NCBI GenBank assembly: GCA_963711085.1
Contig: CAVQCT010000003.1
Span: forward strand, 157,022-221,021
Direction of reading: 5' to 3'
Length of the DNA stretch: 64,000 bases
Origin: an uncultured candidate division Zixibacteria bacterium
GTDB taxonomy: Bacteria; Zixibacteria; MSB-5A5; GN15; FEB-12
Of this stretch, positions 36,357-45,260 are shown piece after piece. The position numbers were made by a program, and so were the translations under genes. The number at the start of each line of letters is the position of its first letter. Within the stretch, counting starts at the first letter, position 1. The notes below the pieces were generated by a model, which did no database searches, had not been told where the DNA came from, and saw only the letters and a list, made by a program, of their open reading frames with translations.

Positions 36357-36950
36357 TCACATCTCGAATTCGACCGGAAGAAGATCGTAGAAGTGAAAAA
36401 CCGAACAAAAGTTGTCCCCAGGACCGAAATCGGCCTGGGAAACGAGCTCGATCTTGCCGGACCTGGTTTTTCGGAAAGTAGAGACACCTGGCCAGGGTCG
36501 GCCGTTTTCGCCTTCGTACCCAATATCATGATTGAAGGTCGTTCCCCTGGCGGAATACATTTTGAATTTCCACCCGCGCTGTTTGCGGACTTTCTGCTGA
36601 GTCGCTGGGTCGTCCGGGCTGACCACCGCAAATCCGGCCTTCTTCTCGATATGAGTGAAAATCCCGTTATAGTTGTCGGCCCACATGGTGCAGTAAGGGC
36701 AGCTCTTCCCCATATTGTGGACTAATACGAGATATTCTTTCTTCCCGAATAACCGGGAGAGTTTTACTTTCTTCCCGCCGCTTACGGCGAAAGCATAGTC
36801 AGCGATTTCCTGCCCCGCCGACGCCTTCCTGAGATCGGCCAGTTGCTGGTTCAGCTTTCTGATTTTCTTGTCCAGACTTTCTATTCGCTTTTGGTTTTTG
36901 AGCAGCATAAGCAGGCTTTCCTTACTTTTGGGTTTGGTAGGGTCTGACAC
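36357..36950 (-). CDS. DUF899 thioredoxin-like family protein
   Basis: 197 aa from a GTG start, with an alternative ATG at 36908. Matches the DUF899 pattern: N-terminal coiled coil, then YAFAVSGGKKVKLSRLFGKKEYLVLVHNMGKSCPYCTMWADNYNG...RGWKFKMYSA. Confidence 0.8.
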   Translation of the reverse strand: MSDPTKPKSKESLLMLLKNQKRIESLDKKIRKLNQQLADLRKASAGQEIADYAFAVSGGKKVKLSRLFGKKEYLVLVHNMGKSCPYCTMWADNYNGIFTHIEKKAGFAVVSPDDPATQQKVRKQRGWKFKMYSARGTTFNHDIGYEGENGRPWPGVSTFRKTRSGKIELVSQADFGPGDNFCSVFHFYDLLPVEFEM

Positions 36951-37121
36951 TATATACGGTTACCGAAAGTCCCGGTTTGATTCGTCAGCTAAAGAGTGAG
37001 TGAACTGACAGCAAAAAACGGCCCGCCCGCCGGCGAACCGTTCATCGTCTAAGTGAATTCACGAAGACGCTTAAAAGAAGGGTAAGTTCCAACTCTTCCG
37101 TGAATTGAAAGAATAATTCTG

Positions 37122-37784
37122 CTACTTAGTCTTCTTTGGCGTGTGATTGTTCATCATCGCAAAAGAAAGATACTCAAGCTCCATCGACATGTTCTCGTTG
37201 CGGAGATACACATTCGGGGGTACCCGCAAATTGATTGGAGCAAAATTCAGAATCGCCTTTACACCGGCGCGGCAGACATCATCCACTATGTACTGCGCCA
37301 CGGTGGCCGGCACTGCCAGAATCACGATCTCGATGTTCGATTCGCTTATCTCGCTCTCAAGATTCGCGATATCCGAAACTGTGATTCCCTTGTGATTCGA
37401 CCCGATCTTCCGCTGATCGTTATCGAAGATCTTAATAATGCTGAAGCCCTGGCGGGTAAACTCCTTGTAACTGACAAGGGCCGACCCGATATTTCCCACT
37501 CCTATGAGCGCCACCTTCCATTCCCGATTGATTCCGAGGATGTCGGCGATCTTCTGTTTGAGTTCGGCGACATTGTACCCAAGGCCCCTGGTGCCGAAAG
37601 AACCGAAGAAAGACAGATCCTTTCTCACCTGGGCAGGTGTCAGTTTTTCCCGTTTCGCCAGCTCTTTCGAAGATACGGTCTCGTAGTTTTCCTTTTCAAG
37701 CAGCGACAAAGTACGGAAGTACATTGACAACCGGTGGATGGTCGACTCTGAGATACGTTTGGTTATACTACTGCTTAAAGGCAC
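37122..37784 (-). CDS. rex: Redox-sensing transcriptional repressor Rex
   Basis: 220 aa from a GTG start. Winged-helix N-terminus (STIHRLSMYFRTLSLL...VSSKELAKREKLTPAQVRKDLSFFGSFGTRGLGYNV). Rossmann motif: LIGVGNIGSAL. Confidence 0.93.
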   Translation of the reverse strand: MPLSSSITKRISESTIHRLSMYFRTLSLLEKENYETVSSKELAKREKLTPAQVRKDLSFFGSFGTRGLGYNVAELKQKIADILGINREWKVALIGVGNIGSALVSYKEFTRQGFSIIKIFDNDQRKIGSNHKGITVSDIANLESEISESNIEIVILAVPATVAQYIVDDVCRAGVKAILNFAPINLRVPPNVYLRNENMSMELEYLSFAMMNNHTPKKTK

Positions 37785-37830
37785 TGTTACGTAAACTCCT
37801 TTGCCTGATTATCGGCAGTCAATTCGAACA

Positions 37831-37846
37831 TGTGAAATGCTTCACA
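37831..37846. promoter_or_regulatory. Rex operator upstream of rex
   Basis: TGTGAAATGCTTCACA is a perfect TGTGAA-N4-TTCACA inverted repeat. It lies 47-62 nt upstream of the rex start codon. Confidence 0.8.
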
Positions 37847-37988
37847 AGAAATTATATCTTTTAGTCACAATTCTGTCAAGAAAAATCTCCCTGCGGGTAG
37901 TTTCCCCTTGATTGTATCTCGTTACACTGCAATTTGTTATATGGCGGATTACAGGGCAATGGGGAGCGGAATACTCCGTCACCAAGTG

Positions 37989-39143
37989 TCAGGCAACGAT
38001 TTGGCGGGGCAAAAGGCTGGAAAGTCTGGCCAGTACCTCGTAATTGATACTGTTAGCCCAGCCGGCAAGTTGTTCGGCGGTGATCGCCTCACTGTGGCTC
38101 TGCCCGATCAAGACAGCCTCGTCTTCCAGTTCCACCTGTCGGATATCAGTTACATCTATCATGCTGATATCCATACAGATACGGCCACGGATCGGAGCCC
38201 GCTTCCCGTGCACCAGGACGTAGGCCTGGTTGGATAAAGCCCGGGCGTACCCATCATAGTACCCTATCGGAAGGATACCGAGCCGAGTGGCTGAAGTAGT
38301 GCGGTAGGTGCAGCCATACCCGATGAAGGCGTCGGGGGGTAACGATTTCAACTGGGTGATTCGGGCTTTCCAGCTGAGGACCGGCGTAAAAATGCTGTTT
38401 TCGCCGCCGCGGAGCCGGTAGGAGACATAGGTTTCTTTCGATGGCCAGTGGCCGTAGACCGATATCCCTGGCCGGACCATCTCAAAATGCGTTTTCTTGA
38501 ACAGGATTGTTGCCGCCGAGGAGGCGGTATGGCGGATGGTCGGCTTGATCCGAAATGTCTCCAGCGTCTTCACCAGCTGTTTGAACAACTTGAGTTGGTG
38601 CTCCGCGTATTCATGACTGGTGGTATCTTCGATGTTGGCAAAGTGCGTGTAGGCTCCGTACGGTTTCTGAAGGGAATCGTACTGGCGATAAATTTCGGCG
38701 ATAGCCGGCAGCTCTTCTTCGGTCAGCCCCTGACGATTGGTCCCCGTCTCGAGCTTCAGATGCGTCTTCACGCTGCGCTTATGTTTATCGCCGAACTCAC
38801 CGATCGTTCGGAGAAATTCCTTGTTGAAGACGGCTGGTTCGAGATCATATTCAAATACTCCCTCGGCATCTTCGAGAAGGATCGGACCGACAACAAGGAT
38901 ATTTTTTTTCCAGCCGGCTTCACGACACTGCACCCCTTCCTCGATCGAGTGCACCGTCAGATAGCCGACAGCTTCGTTGTTGGACACCATGCTCACGATT
39001 TCTTTGAGCCCATGCCCGTAAGCATTTCCCTTTACCGAGATCGCAAGGATCTTACCGGGAGCAAGATTGGCCAGAGAGGTGATATTTCCTGCAAGGGCCG
39101 AACGCGACAGTTCTATCCAGCTTAGTTTTCTCTTCTCAGACAT
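37989..39143 (-). CDS. alr: Alanine racemase
   Basis: 384 aa. PLP-lysine motif: ISVKGNAYGHG. TIM-barrel N-domain plus beta C-domain, typical of Alr. Confidence 0.93.
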   Translation of the reverse strand: MSEKRKLSWIELSRSALAGNITSLANLAPGKILAISVKGNAYGHGLKEIVSMVSNNEAVGYLTVHSIEEGVQCREAGWKKNILVVGPILLEDAEGVFEYDLEPAVFNKEFLRTIGEFGDKHKRSVKTHLKLETGTNRQGLTEEELPAIAEIYRQYDSLQKPYGAYTHFANIEDTTSHEYAEHQLKLFKQLVKTLETFRIKPTIRHTASSAATILFKKTHFEMVRPGISVYGHWPSKETYVSYRLRGGENSIFTPVLSWKARITQLKSLPPDAFIGYGCTYRTTSATRLGILPIGYYDGYARALSNQAYVLVHGKRAPIRGRICMDISMIDVTDIRQVELEDEAVLIGQSHSEAITAEQLAGWANSINYEVLARLSSLLPRQIVA

Positions 39144-39242
39144 GGCTGTACTCTAATGGAGTGATGGCGCAGTTCCAACAAAAAGATTCTTCGCCGCGCA
39201 TCTTCAGACCTATTATACCCGCGTATCTTCCTCTGAACCGGG

Positions 39243-39271
39243 CAAAAAGAAAGCCCGGGGACCGGGCTTTC
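39243..39271 (-). terminator. Rho-independent terminator after the rubrerythrin-like gene
   Basis: 10-bp stem GAAAGCCCGG/CCGGGCTTTC with a 3-nt loop. On the minus strand it is followed by CUUUUUGCC. Confidence 0.8.
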
Positions 39272-39294
39272 GAACCTGCGCATGATTCCGAATT

Positions 39295-39780
39295 CTACAT
39301 GTACTTCTTTCGCATATCATCGATAATTCGCATGTGACCCTGTTCGAATTTGGAAAGCTGTTCGAACATTCTTTTCCCTTCCGGAGTGTTCACTTTCCCT
39401 TTGGCTGACTCGAACAGTTCATGCGCTTCTTCTTCGAGACGAAAGGCGATATCCAGGATCGCCTTCATCGATGACGCCTCGGTGACTTCATCGATCAGCT
39501 CGCGGTGCTGCTCGCTCATTTCCTCGGTGATCTCCGGCAGCCCTTTCTGCTTGAGGATGTCGGCGGTGCTGATCCATTTCTCGCTTCTTACGAGGGAGTC
39601 GAATTGCCGTTCCAGAATATGGAAATGATCTTTTTCTTCGAGGGCCAGTTTCTCCAGGACATCTTTGTATTCCCGGGCCTGCGACTTCGTTGAAGCCTCC
39701 CGGTAGAAAACATAACTGGCCACTTCGGACTGGATACCGGCGGTCAGGGCTGACAGGGTATCGGGGTGGACAGGTGACAT
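39295..39780 (-). CDS. Rubrerythrin-like ferritin-fold diiron protein (no rubredoxin domain)
   Basis: The track ORF starts at TTG 39786. The ATG at 39780 follows AAGGAAAA. Two ExxH motifs (LALEEKDHFHIL and RLEEEAHELF) sit in a four-helix-bundle-like sequence. Confidence 0.85.
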   Translation of the reverse strand: MSPVHPDTLSALTAGIQSEVASYVFYREASTKSQAREYKDVLEKLALEEKDHFHILERQFDSLVRSEKWISTADILKQKGLPEITEEMSEQHRELIDEVTEASSMKAILDIAFRLEEEAHELFESAKGKVNTPEGKRMFEQLSKFEQGHMRIIDDMRKKYM

Positions 39781-39959
39781 AGACAATTTTCCTTAAACAG
39801 ATAAGTTCACTCTTCTTGTCTGTCGATAAAGTTACGGATTTCACAAAGTTTGTCAAGCACCTATCGCCCGAATCTGGGTCTTAGTGGCGATGATAGCGAG
39901 GGTTACGTCTCACGGCGGGAGAGCGTTTTAACTTTTCCCTTGCGCCTTTTGCCCCAAAA

Positions 39960-40670
39960 TTGGTTTATTCGAGAAGAGCTGTGAAAGACTCATTTTCAAA
40001 AAATTCAATAGAACTCCGCGGGCAAATCCTCGAGGCATGCGAACTCTACGATCGTGATGCCGACGACATCACTGTCGTAGCGGTCACCAAGACACATGCT
40101 GCCGGCACCATCCGCACGGCTGTAGCGGCCGGATATCATAATATTGGCGAGAGCCGGGTCCAGGAAGCGGAGTCCAAGATACTTGAGATTGGACGAATCG
40201 CCCGGTTTCACCTGATCGGCCATTTGCAGACCAACAAAGTCAAGCGGGCGATTGAGTTATTCGATGTAATCCAGTCGGTTGACTCGTTGAAACTGGCCGA
40301 AGAGATCGACCGGCGGGCCGGAGAACTGGGGCGAATGATTGAGTGCCTGGTCGAGGTGAACTGCTCCGGGGAAGACCAGAAATACGGCGTCTCTCCCGTC
40401 GACTGTCTTGATCTGATCAAACGGGTGAACGATTTCCCGAGTATCAACCTGACCGGCCTCATGACGGTCGGCCCGAATGTAAGCGACGAAGACAAAGTCC
40501 GGGAAGCGTTCGCGCAGTGCCGGACGCTGTTCGAGAAGGGGGAGAGCTTTGTCGGCGACCAGTTCGACACCCTGTCGATGGGGATGACCGATGATTTCGC
40601 CTGGGCGATTGCCGAGGGCTCGACGATGATTCGGGTCGGCTCGGCCTTGTTCGGCCCGCGAGAGTACTGA
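39960..40670 (+). CDS. yggS: YggS family pyridoxal-phosphate homeostasis protein
   Basis: 236 aa from a TTG start; the start is uncertain. Motifs: VVAVTKTHAAGTIRTAVAAGYHNIGESRVQEA, HLIGHLQTNKVK and MGMTDDFAWAIAEGSTMIRVGSALFG. Confidence 0.9.
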   Translation: MVYSRRAVKDSFSKNSIELRGQILEACELYDRDADDITVVAVTKTHAAGTIRTAVAAGYHNIGESRVQEAESKILEIGRIARFHLIGHLQTNKVKRAIELFDVIQSVDSLKLAEEIDRRAGELGRMIECLVEVNCSGEDQKYGVSPVDCLDLIKRVNDFPSINLTGLMTVGPNVSDEDKVREAFAQCRTLFEKGESFVGDQFDTLSMGMTDDFAWAIAEGSTMIRVGSALFGPREY

Positions 40671-40883
40671 GAAAAGCCGTTTTTTCCCAATAGATTGCCT
40701 TCGGGCCGCCTTTCCTCCGTTCCCTGCCCGAAAAACTGATTGTCCCGCTTAATTTTTCCCGTCAAAGTACGATAATAAAAGTAAGGTGTCTCTGAATGAA
40801 ACTGCTCGTTTTTCGAACAGCTTCGCCGGGGACGGCTTCTGCCAAAAGCGAAAACAAATAACCTTAAGATAGGTGAGTACGCT

Positions 40884-41999
40884 ATGGACCTGTCACCGAA
40901 CGATATCCGCAATTATGAATTTTCGAATCAGATGCGCGGATACGATAAGGAGGAAGTCGACAGCTTCCTCGATCGGATTGCCGAGGCATTGGAGAAAGTC
41001 AAGCAGGACAATCTGAAACTGTCTATGGACAATGACTCGCTGAAGGCACAGCTCTCCGGTCTGAGACAGTTCGAAGATAGCATCAAGAACGCCGCCATCG
41101 ACGCTCGGCGCAACGCCGATTCCACGATCGCTGCCGCCAAGAAAGACGCGGAACAGATTCTGAGCAAAGCGAAAGCTGAGTCCGAAAAACTGCTCGGCAA
41201 TCATGAGAAAAAGCTCGAAGAACTTCGCGCCCGTCTGGTTGAGCTGGAAGCGACCAAGAAATCATACTTCTCGAATCTTCGCAACCTCATCAACTCGCAC
41301 ATGCAGATGCTCGATGAATCCTCGATCCCGGATATCAAGAAAGATATCAGCGGTCATGAAGAGTCTCGGCCGAAGCTTGAGCGGAAGAATGTCTATACCC
41401 CCCCGAAACCGAAACCGGCGGCCCATGCCAATGGCGACCGGATCGAGGTGACGGAGACCGAAGAAGTCACCCGCGGTGATATGGAGACGATCGCTTCCAA
41501 ACCGCAGCATCAGCCTATCCGTACCGAAGATGCAAATGCGGCCGGCGATATTATCACGGCTCCGACCGATAGTGACGAAGCTGCACCGGCGGCGGATACA
41601 TCCAAACCGATCGACCCTGAACTTGCCGCCGCATTGGCGAATTACAAGACCAAGGCCCAGGGGAAAGTCGAGATGCCTCACAAGGAGAAGTCCGCTCCGC
41701 ACTCCGGAGAATTCCACGAAACGACCGCCCGGGCCGAGGATATCCCGAACGGGTTCGTCACCCCCCACATGGACAGCCCCGCCGAGACCGATGAAGAAAT
41801 CGATACCGGCCGGGTCCACGTCTCTCCGGATTCTCAGGATACCCCGACCGAACATAACGATATCGACATCGATACCCCGATAGTCTCCGAAAAGCCGAAA
41901 CAGGGGGAGACTCAGGAAAACGGTATCGATATCGCCAAAGAGCTCGACAGCGTCGTGGCCAAATTCGAAGAAGAGATGACCAAGGCGGAAAAGAGCTGA
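40884..41999 (+). CDS. divIVA: DivIVA domain protein with long acidic low-complexity tail
   Basis: 371 aa with AGGTGAG 7 nt upstream. N-terminus MDLSPNDIRNYEFSNQMRGYDKEEVDSFLDRIAE is the canonical DivIVA lipid-binding domain. A coiled coil runs to about residue 150. The remaining roughly 220 residues are rich in E, D, P and T. Confidence 0.9.
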   Translation: MDLSPNDIRNYEFSNQMRGYDKEEVDSFLDRIAEALEKVKQDNLKLSMDNDSLKAQLSGLRQFEDSIKNAAIDARRNADSTIAAAKKDAEQILSKAKAESEKLLGNHEKKLEELRARLVELEATKKSYFSNLRNLINSHMQMLDESSIPDIKKDISGHEESRPKLERKNVYTPPKPKPAAHANGDRIEVTETEEVTRGDMETIASKPQHQPIRTEDANAAGDIITAPTDSDEAAPAADTSKPIDPELAAALANYKTKAQGKVEMPHKEKSAPHSGEFHETTARAEDIPNGFVTPHMDSPAETDEEIDTGRVHVSPDSQDTPTEHNDIDIDTPIVSEKPKQGETQENGIDIAKELDSVVAKFEEEMTKAEKS

Positions 42000-42021
42000 C
42001 AAATTTCCCACCTCATGTTAT

Positions 42022-42064
42022 GAAGACCGGCCCCTTAGTCCCATCTCGGCCGGTCTTCTTATTT
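42022..42064 (+). terminator. Rho-independent terminator after divIVA
   Basis: 11-bp stem GAAGACCGGCC/GGCCGGTCTTC with a 15-nt loop, followed by TTATTT. Confidence 0.7.
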
Positions 42065-42178
42065 GCACACTGTTCTTGACAATCCTCCCCGTCCGCAGCT
42101 TTTTACTGACAACCCGAATCACATTGCTATATTCCACGAGGGAATATCGAATCGCTAACAACTGACAGGAGATCTAGT

Positions 42179-43009
42179 ATGCAGACGGTGGCGGAATTTC
42201 ATAAGATGCTGGACGAAGCGGTAGCCTTCATCAAGAAGCAAGTAAGTTTCGAACCGAAGATCGGCATCATCCTCGGGACCGGCCTGGGATCGCTGGTCGA
42301 TGGTATCGAGATGGTTGATACGGTCGGCTATGACAAGATTCCGCATTTCCCCGTTTCCACGGTCGAATCGCACGCCGGCAGACTGCTGTTCGGCAATCTC
42401 AAAGGGAAAAAAGTCATCTGCATGCAGGGGCGGTTCCACTTCTACGAAGGGTACACCTTTCAGCAGATCGCGTTCCCGGTCCGGGTCATGAAGGCGCTCG
42501 GCATGGAAACCCTGATCGTCTCGAACGCCGCCGGCGGCATGAACCCGAATTTCCGCCCCGGCGACATCATGCTCATCAAAGACCATATCAACTTCTTCCC
42601 CGGCAATCCGCTGATCGGTCCGAACGACGACAAGTGGGGAGATCGATTCCCGGATATGTACGAAGTGTACAATCGCAAATATATCGACCTGGCCAAACAG
42701 GTCGCCTTGGAACAGAAGATCCGTCTGCAGGAAGGTGTCTATGTCGGCCTGACCGGACCTTGCCTTGAGACAGCGGCGGAGTATCGGATGTTTCGCGGGT
42801 TCGGGGCGGATGCGGTCGGGATGTCGACTGTGCCCGAGGTCCTCGCGGCGCATCACCAGCACAGCAAGATCCTTGCTTTTTCAATTATTACTGATATGGG
42901 TCTGGCTGACAATATGCACCCTTGCTCTTTGGACGATGTGATCGGGACCGCTTCGCGGACTGAGCCGAAACTGCGTGACCTGATCGCCGGCTGTGTGGAG
43001 AGGATGTAG
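42179..43009 (+). CDS. Purine nucleoside phosphorylase (inosine/guanosine type, PNP family)
   Basis: 276 aa with AGGAG 8 nt upstream. Motifs: IGIILGTGLG, STVESHAGRLLFG, MQGRFHFYEGY and VGMSTVPEV. Confidence 0.93.
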   Translation: MQTVAEFHKMLDEAVAFIKKQVSFEPKIGIILGTGLGSLVDGIEMVDTVGYDKIPHFPVSTVESHAGRLLFGNLKGKKVICMQGRFHFYEGYTFQQIAFPVRVMKALGMETLIVSNAAGGMNPNFRPGDIMLIKDHINFFPGNPLIGPNDDKWGDRFPDMYEVYNRKYIDLAKQVALEQKIRLQEGVYVGLTGPCLETAAEYRMFRGFGADAVGMSTVPEVLAAHHQHSKILAFSIITDMGLADNMHPCSLDDVIGTASRTEPKLRDLIAGCVERM

Positions 43010-43096
43010 GGACCTTCCCTTGAAACAATTTCGCCCGCCTGGCAGTCCAATAGTGTACGTAGTCTGTAACGAAATATATTTCGACAGGAGGTGAAT

Positions 43097-44782
43097 GTGC
43101 GAACTATCGGAAGAAGGACCTGCCGATTCGTCATCGGAATTGTCGTCCTGGTTCTCGTATCAGCCAGCCTGGTGTCGGCGGCCACACCCGACCTGCACGA
43201 TAAGCTCGATGAGTTCCTGAAAGCCTCGCACGATGTTCAGAAATTCCAGGGAGCAGTGTTGGTCGCTAAGAAAGGCGTGCCTATCCTGAGCGCCGGTTAT
43301 GGCATGGCCAATATAGAACTGAACGCCCCGAATACCGATCAAACGGAATTCCTCATCGGATCAGTAACCAAACAGTTCACGGCTACCTGTATCATGCAAC
43401 TGGTGGAAGCCGGAAAGCTCAAGGTAACCGACACACTCACGAAAATCCTGCCTGACTACCCCAAGGAAAACGGCGATAAGATAACGATCAAGAATCTTCT
43501 CACCCATACCTCGGGAATTCCCAACTACACCGATATGCCTGATCTGGACAGGCGCAAATTCGTCCCGATCACGGTCGATTCGCTGATAGCATCGTTCTCG
43601 AGCCTCCCTCTCCAGTTCGAGCCGGGGGCCCGATTCAGTTACAGCAACTCCAACTATGTCATCCTTGGCGCGATAATAGAAAAGCTGTCGGGGGAGAAGT
43701 ACGCCGATTATCTGAATAATCATATCTTCGGACCACTCAAGATGACCCACTCAGGCTATACCGATAACCGGGCAATTCTTCCGGGACGGGCTGAAGGGTA
43801 TTTTCAGGATGACAGCGATAAACTCGTGAACGCCGATCGTGTCGAAATGAGCTTCCCTTTTTCTGCCGGCGCTCTCTATTCCGATGTCGGTGACCTCTCC
43901 ATTTGGGATCAGGCGCTGTACACCAACAAGCTGCTGTCAAAGAAATCGCGCGAAGAGATGTTCACGCCATATCGGGATAACTACGGCTACGCTTTCGTGA
44001 ACGATACGATATTCGGACATCGACGGATCTGGCATAACGGCGCAATCGATGGCTTCCACAGCGCGATCTGTCGGTTTATCGATGACTCCCTCTGCATTAT
44101 CGTCCTCAGCAACAATCTGTCGTCGCCAGTCGAGATGATCTCGCAGGAGCTGGCGGCAATCGTGTTCGGACAGCCGTATGATGTCCCGGTGGTGAAGCAG
44201 CCGATCGCGATAGATCCCCGCATACTTCAGCAGTATGTCGGCGTCTATCAAGTGGAGCCGGATGTGTACCGGGTTATGACGGTCAGTGCGGCGAAGCTCT
44301 ATTCGCAACGAACCGGTGGTCAGCAATTGCCGCTCGAACCGGAGGCCAAAGACAAATTCTACCTGGAGAAGGACAACTCGACCACGCTTACTTTCCTTAG
44401 GGATGACAGCGGAAAAGTCTACGCGCATATCATCCATCAGGGTGGGGTCGATGACACCGCTCAACTGGTGACCGGTCCGGTTGCCGACAGTATCCTCGCC
44501 CAGAGAACGGTGGCGAAGATCGATCCGAAGATTTACGATGACTATGTCGGCGACTATCAGTTGATGCCCGGATTCATCCTGACGATAACCCGCCAGGGGG
44601 ATCAGATTTTCGCGCAGGCGACCAATCAGGGGATAAACGAGATTTACCCCAGCTCCGAAAACGAATTCTTCCTGAAGGTGGTCGATGCCCAGATCAAGTT
44701 CGAGCGAGATTCTACCGGAAAAGTTACCGGCCTGACGCTCTACCAGGCAGGTCAGGTCCTTCCGGCGGCAAAGATCAAGTAA
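43097..44782 (+). CDS. Secreted serine hydrolase of the class C beta-lactamase / penicillin-binding family with C-terminal duplicated domain
   Basis: The track ORF starts at GTG 43091, which abuts AGGAGG. The GTG at 43097 has 5-nt spacing. Signal peptide: RTIGRRTCRFVIGIVVLVLVSASLVSA. SxxK motif GSVTKQF and YxN motif YSNSNY. Two C-terminal repeats begin YVGVYQV and YVGDYQL. Confidence 0.88.
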   Translation: MRTIGRRTCRFVIGIVVLVLVSASLVSAATPDLHDKLDEFLKASHDVQKFQGAVLVAKKGVPILSAGYGMANIELNAPNTDQTEFLIGSVTKQFTATCIMQLVEAGKLKVTDTLTKILPDYPKENGDKITIKNLLTHTSGIPNYTDMPDLDRRKFVPITVDSLIASFSSLPLQFEPGARFSYSNSNYVILGAIIEKLSGEKYADYLNNHIFGPLKMTHSGYTDNRAILPGRAEGYFQDDSDKLVNADRVEMSFPFSAGALYSDVGDLSIWDQALYTNKLLSKKSREEMFTPYRDNYGYAFVNDTIFGHRRIWHNGAIDGFHSAICRFIDDSLCIIVLSNNLSSPVEMISQELAAIVFGQPYDVPVVKQPIAIDPRILQQYVGVYQVEPDVYRVMTVSAAKLYSQRTGGQQLPLEPEAKDKFYLEKDNSTTLTFLRDDSGKVYAHIIHQGGVDDTAQLVTGPVADSILAQRTVAKIDPKIYDDYVGDYQLMPGFILTITRQGDQIFAQATNQGINEIYPSSENEFFLKVVDAQIKFERDSTGKVTGLTLYQAGQVLPAAKIK

Positions 44783-44810
44783 CACAGTCCCTTTTCTCAA
44801 AAGAAGGCAA

Positions 44811-44853
44811 GGCCCGTTAGGGATAAATTCCCGTTGCGGGCTTTTCCTTTTTT
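44811..44853 (+). terminator. Probable terminator after the serine hydrolase gene
   Basis: Imperfect hairpin GCCCG...CGGGC with an inner GGGA/TCCC pairing, followed by a long T-rich run (TTTTCCTTTTTTG). Confidence 0.5.
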
Positions 44854-44867
44854 GTTACCTTGCACGT

Positions 44868-45239
44868 ATGTACAACGAAACGGTACTCGATCATTTCAAG
44901 AATCCCCGCAATACGGGTGAAATTCCGGATGCCGATGGTGTCGGGAGTATGGGGAATCCGAATTGCGGCGATGTCATGAAGGTCTATATCCGGGTAGTCG
45001 ACGGCAAGCTTGCCGAAGTCAAATACAAGACGTTCGGGTGCGCCGCCGCTATCGCGACCAGCTCGATCGCTTCGGAAATGGTCGAAGGCAAGACGCTTGA
45101 GGAGGCGGCAAAACTCACGCGTGAAGAAGTTGCCGAAGCGTTGAACGGCTTGCCTCCCGAAAAGATGGCCTGCTCGAATCTCGCCCCCGATGCTATTCGC
45201 GCCGCGATCGAAGACTATCGGGCCAAAAAACTCTCCTGA
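44868..45239 (+). CDS. iscU: Fe-S cluster assembly scaffold (IscU / NifU N-terminal domain)
   Basis: 123 aa. LDHFKNPRNTGE and the three scaffold cysteines in NPNCGDVM, FGCAAAIA and KMACSNL. Confidence 0.92.
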   Translation: MYNETVLDHFKNPRNTGEIPDADGVGSMGNPNCGDVMKVYIRVVDGKLAEVKYKTFGCAAAIATSSIASEMVEGKTLEEAAKLTREEVAEALNGLPPEKMACSNLAPDAIRAAIEDYRAKKLS

Positions 45240-45260
45240 TTCCCCTCAAGGCACCTCGGC

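Noticed and set aside
37053-37062. Palindrome GTGAATTCAC upstream of the DUF899 gene, considered as a second Rex operator
   Set aside because: The half-sites GTGAA/TTCAC have no spacer, whereas Rex operators have TGTGAA-N4-TTCACA geometry. It is probably just an EcoRI-containing palindrome.
42155-42862. 235-aa minus-strand ORF antisense to the purine nucleoside phosphorylase gene
   Set aside because: The plus-strand product has all the PNP motifs. The antisense translation has no recognisable features.
43937-44800. 287-aa minus-strand ORF antisense to the serine hydrolase gene
   Set aside because: Shadow ORF. The sense strand encodes a protein with signal peptide, SxxK and YxN motifs.
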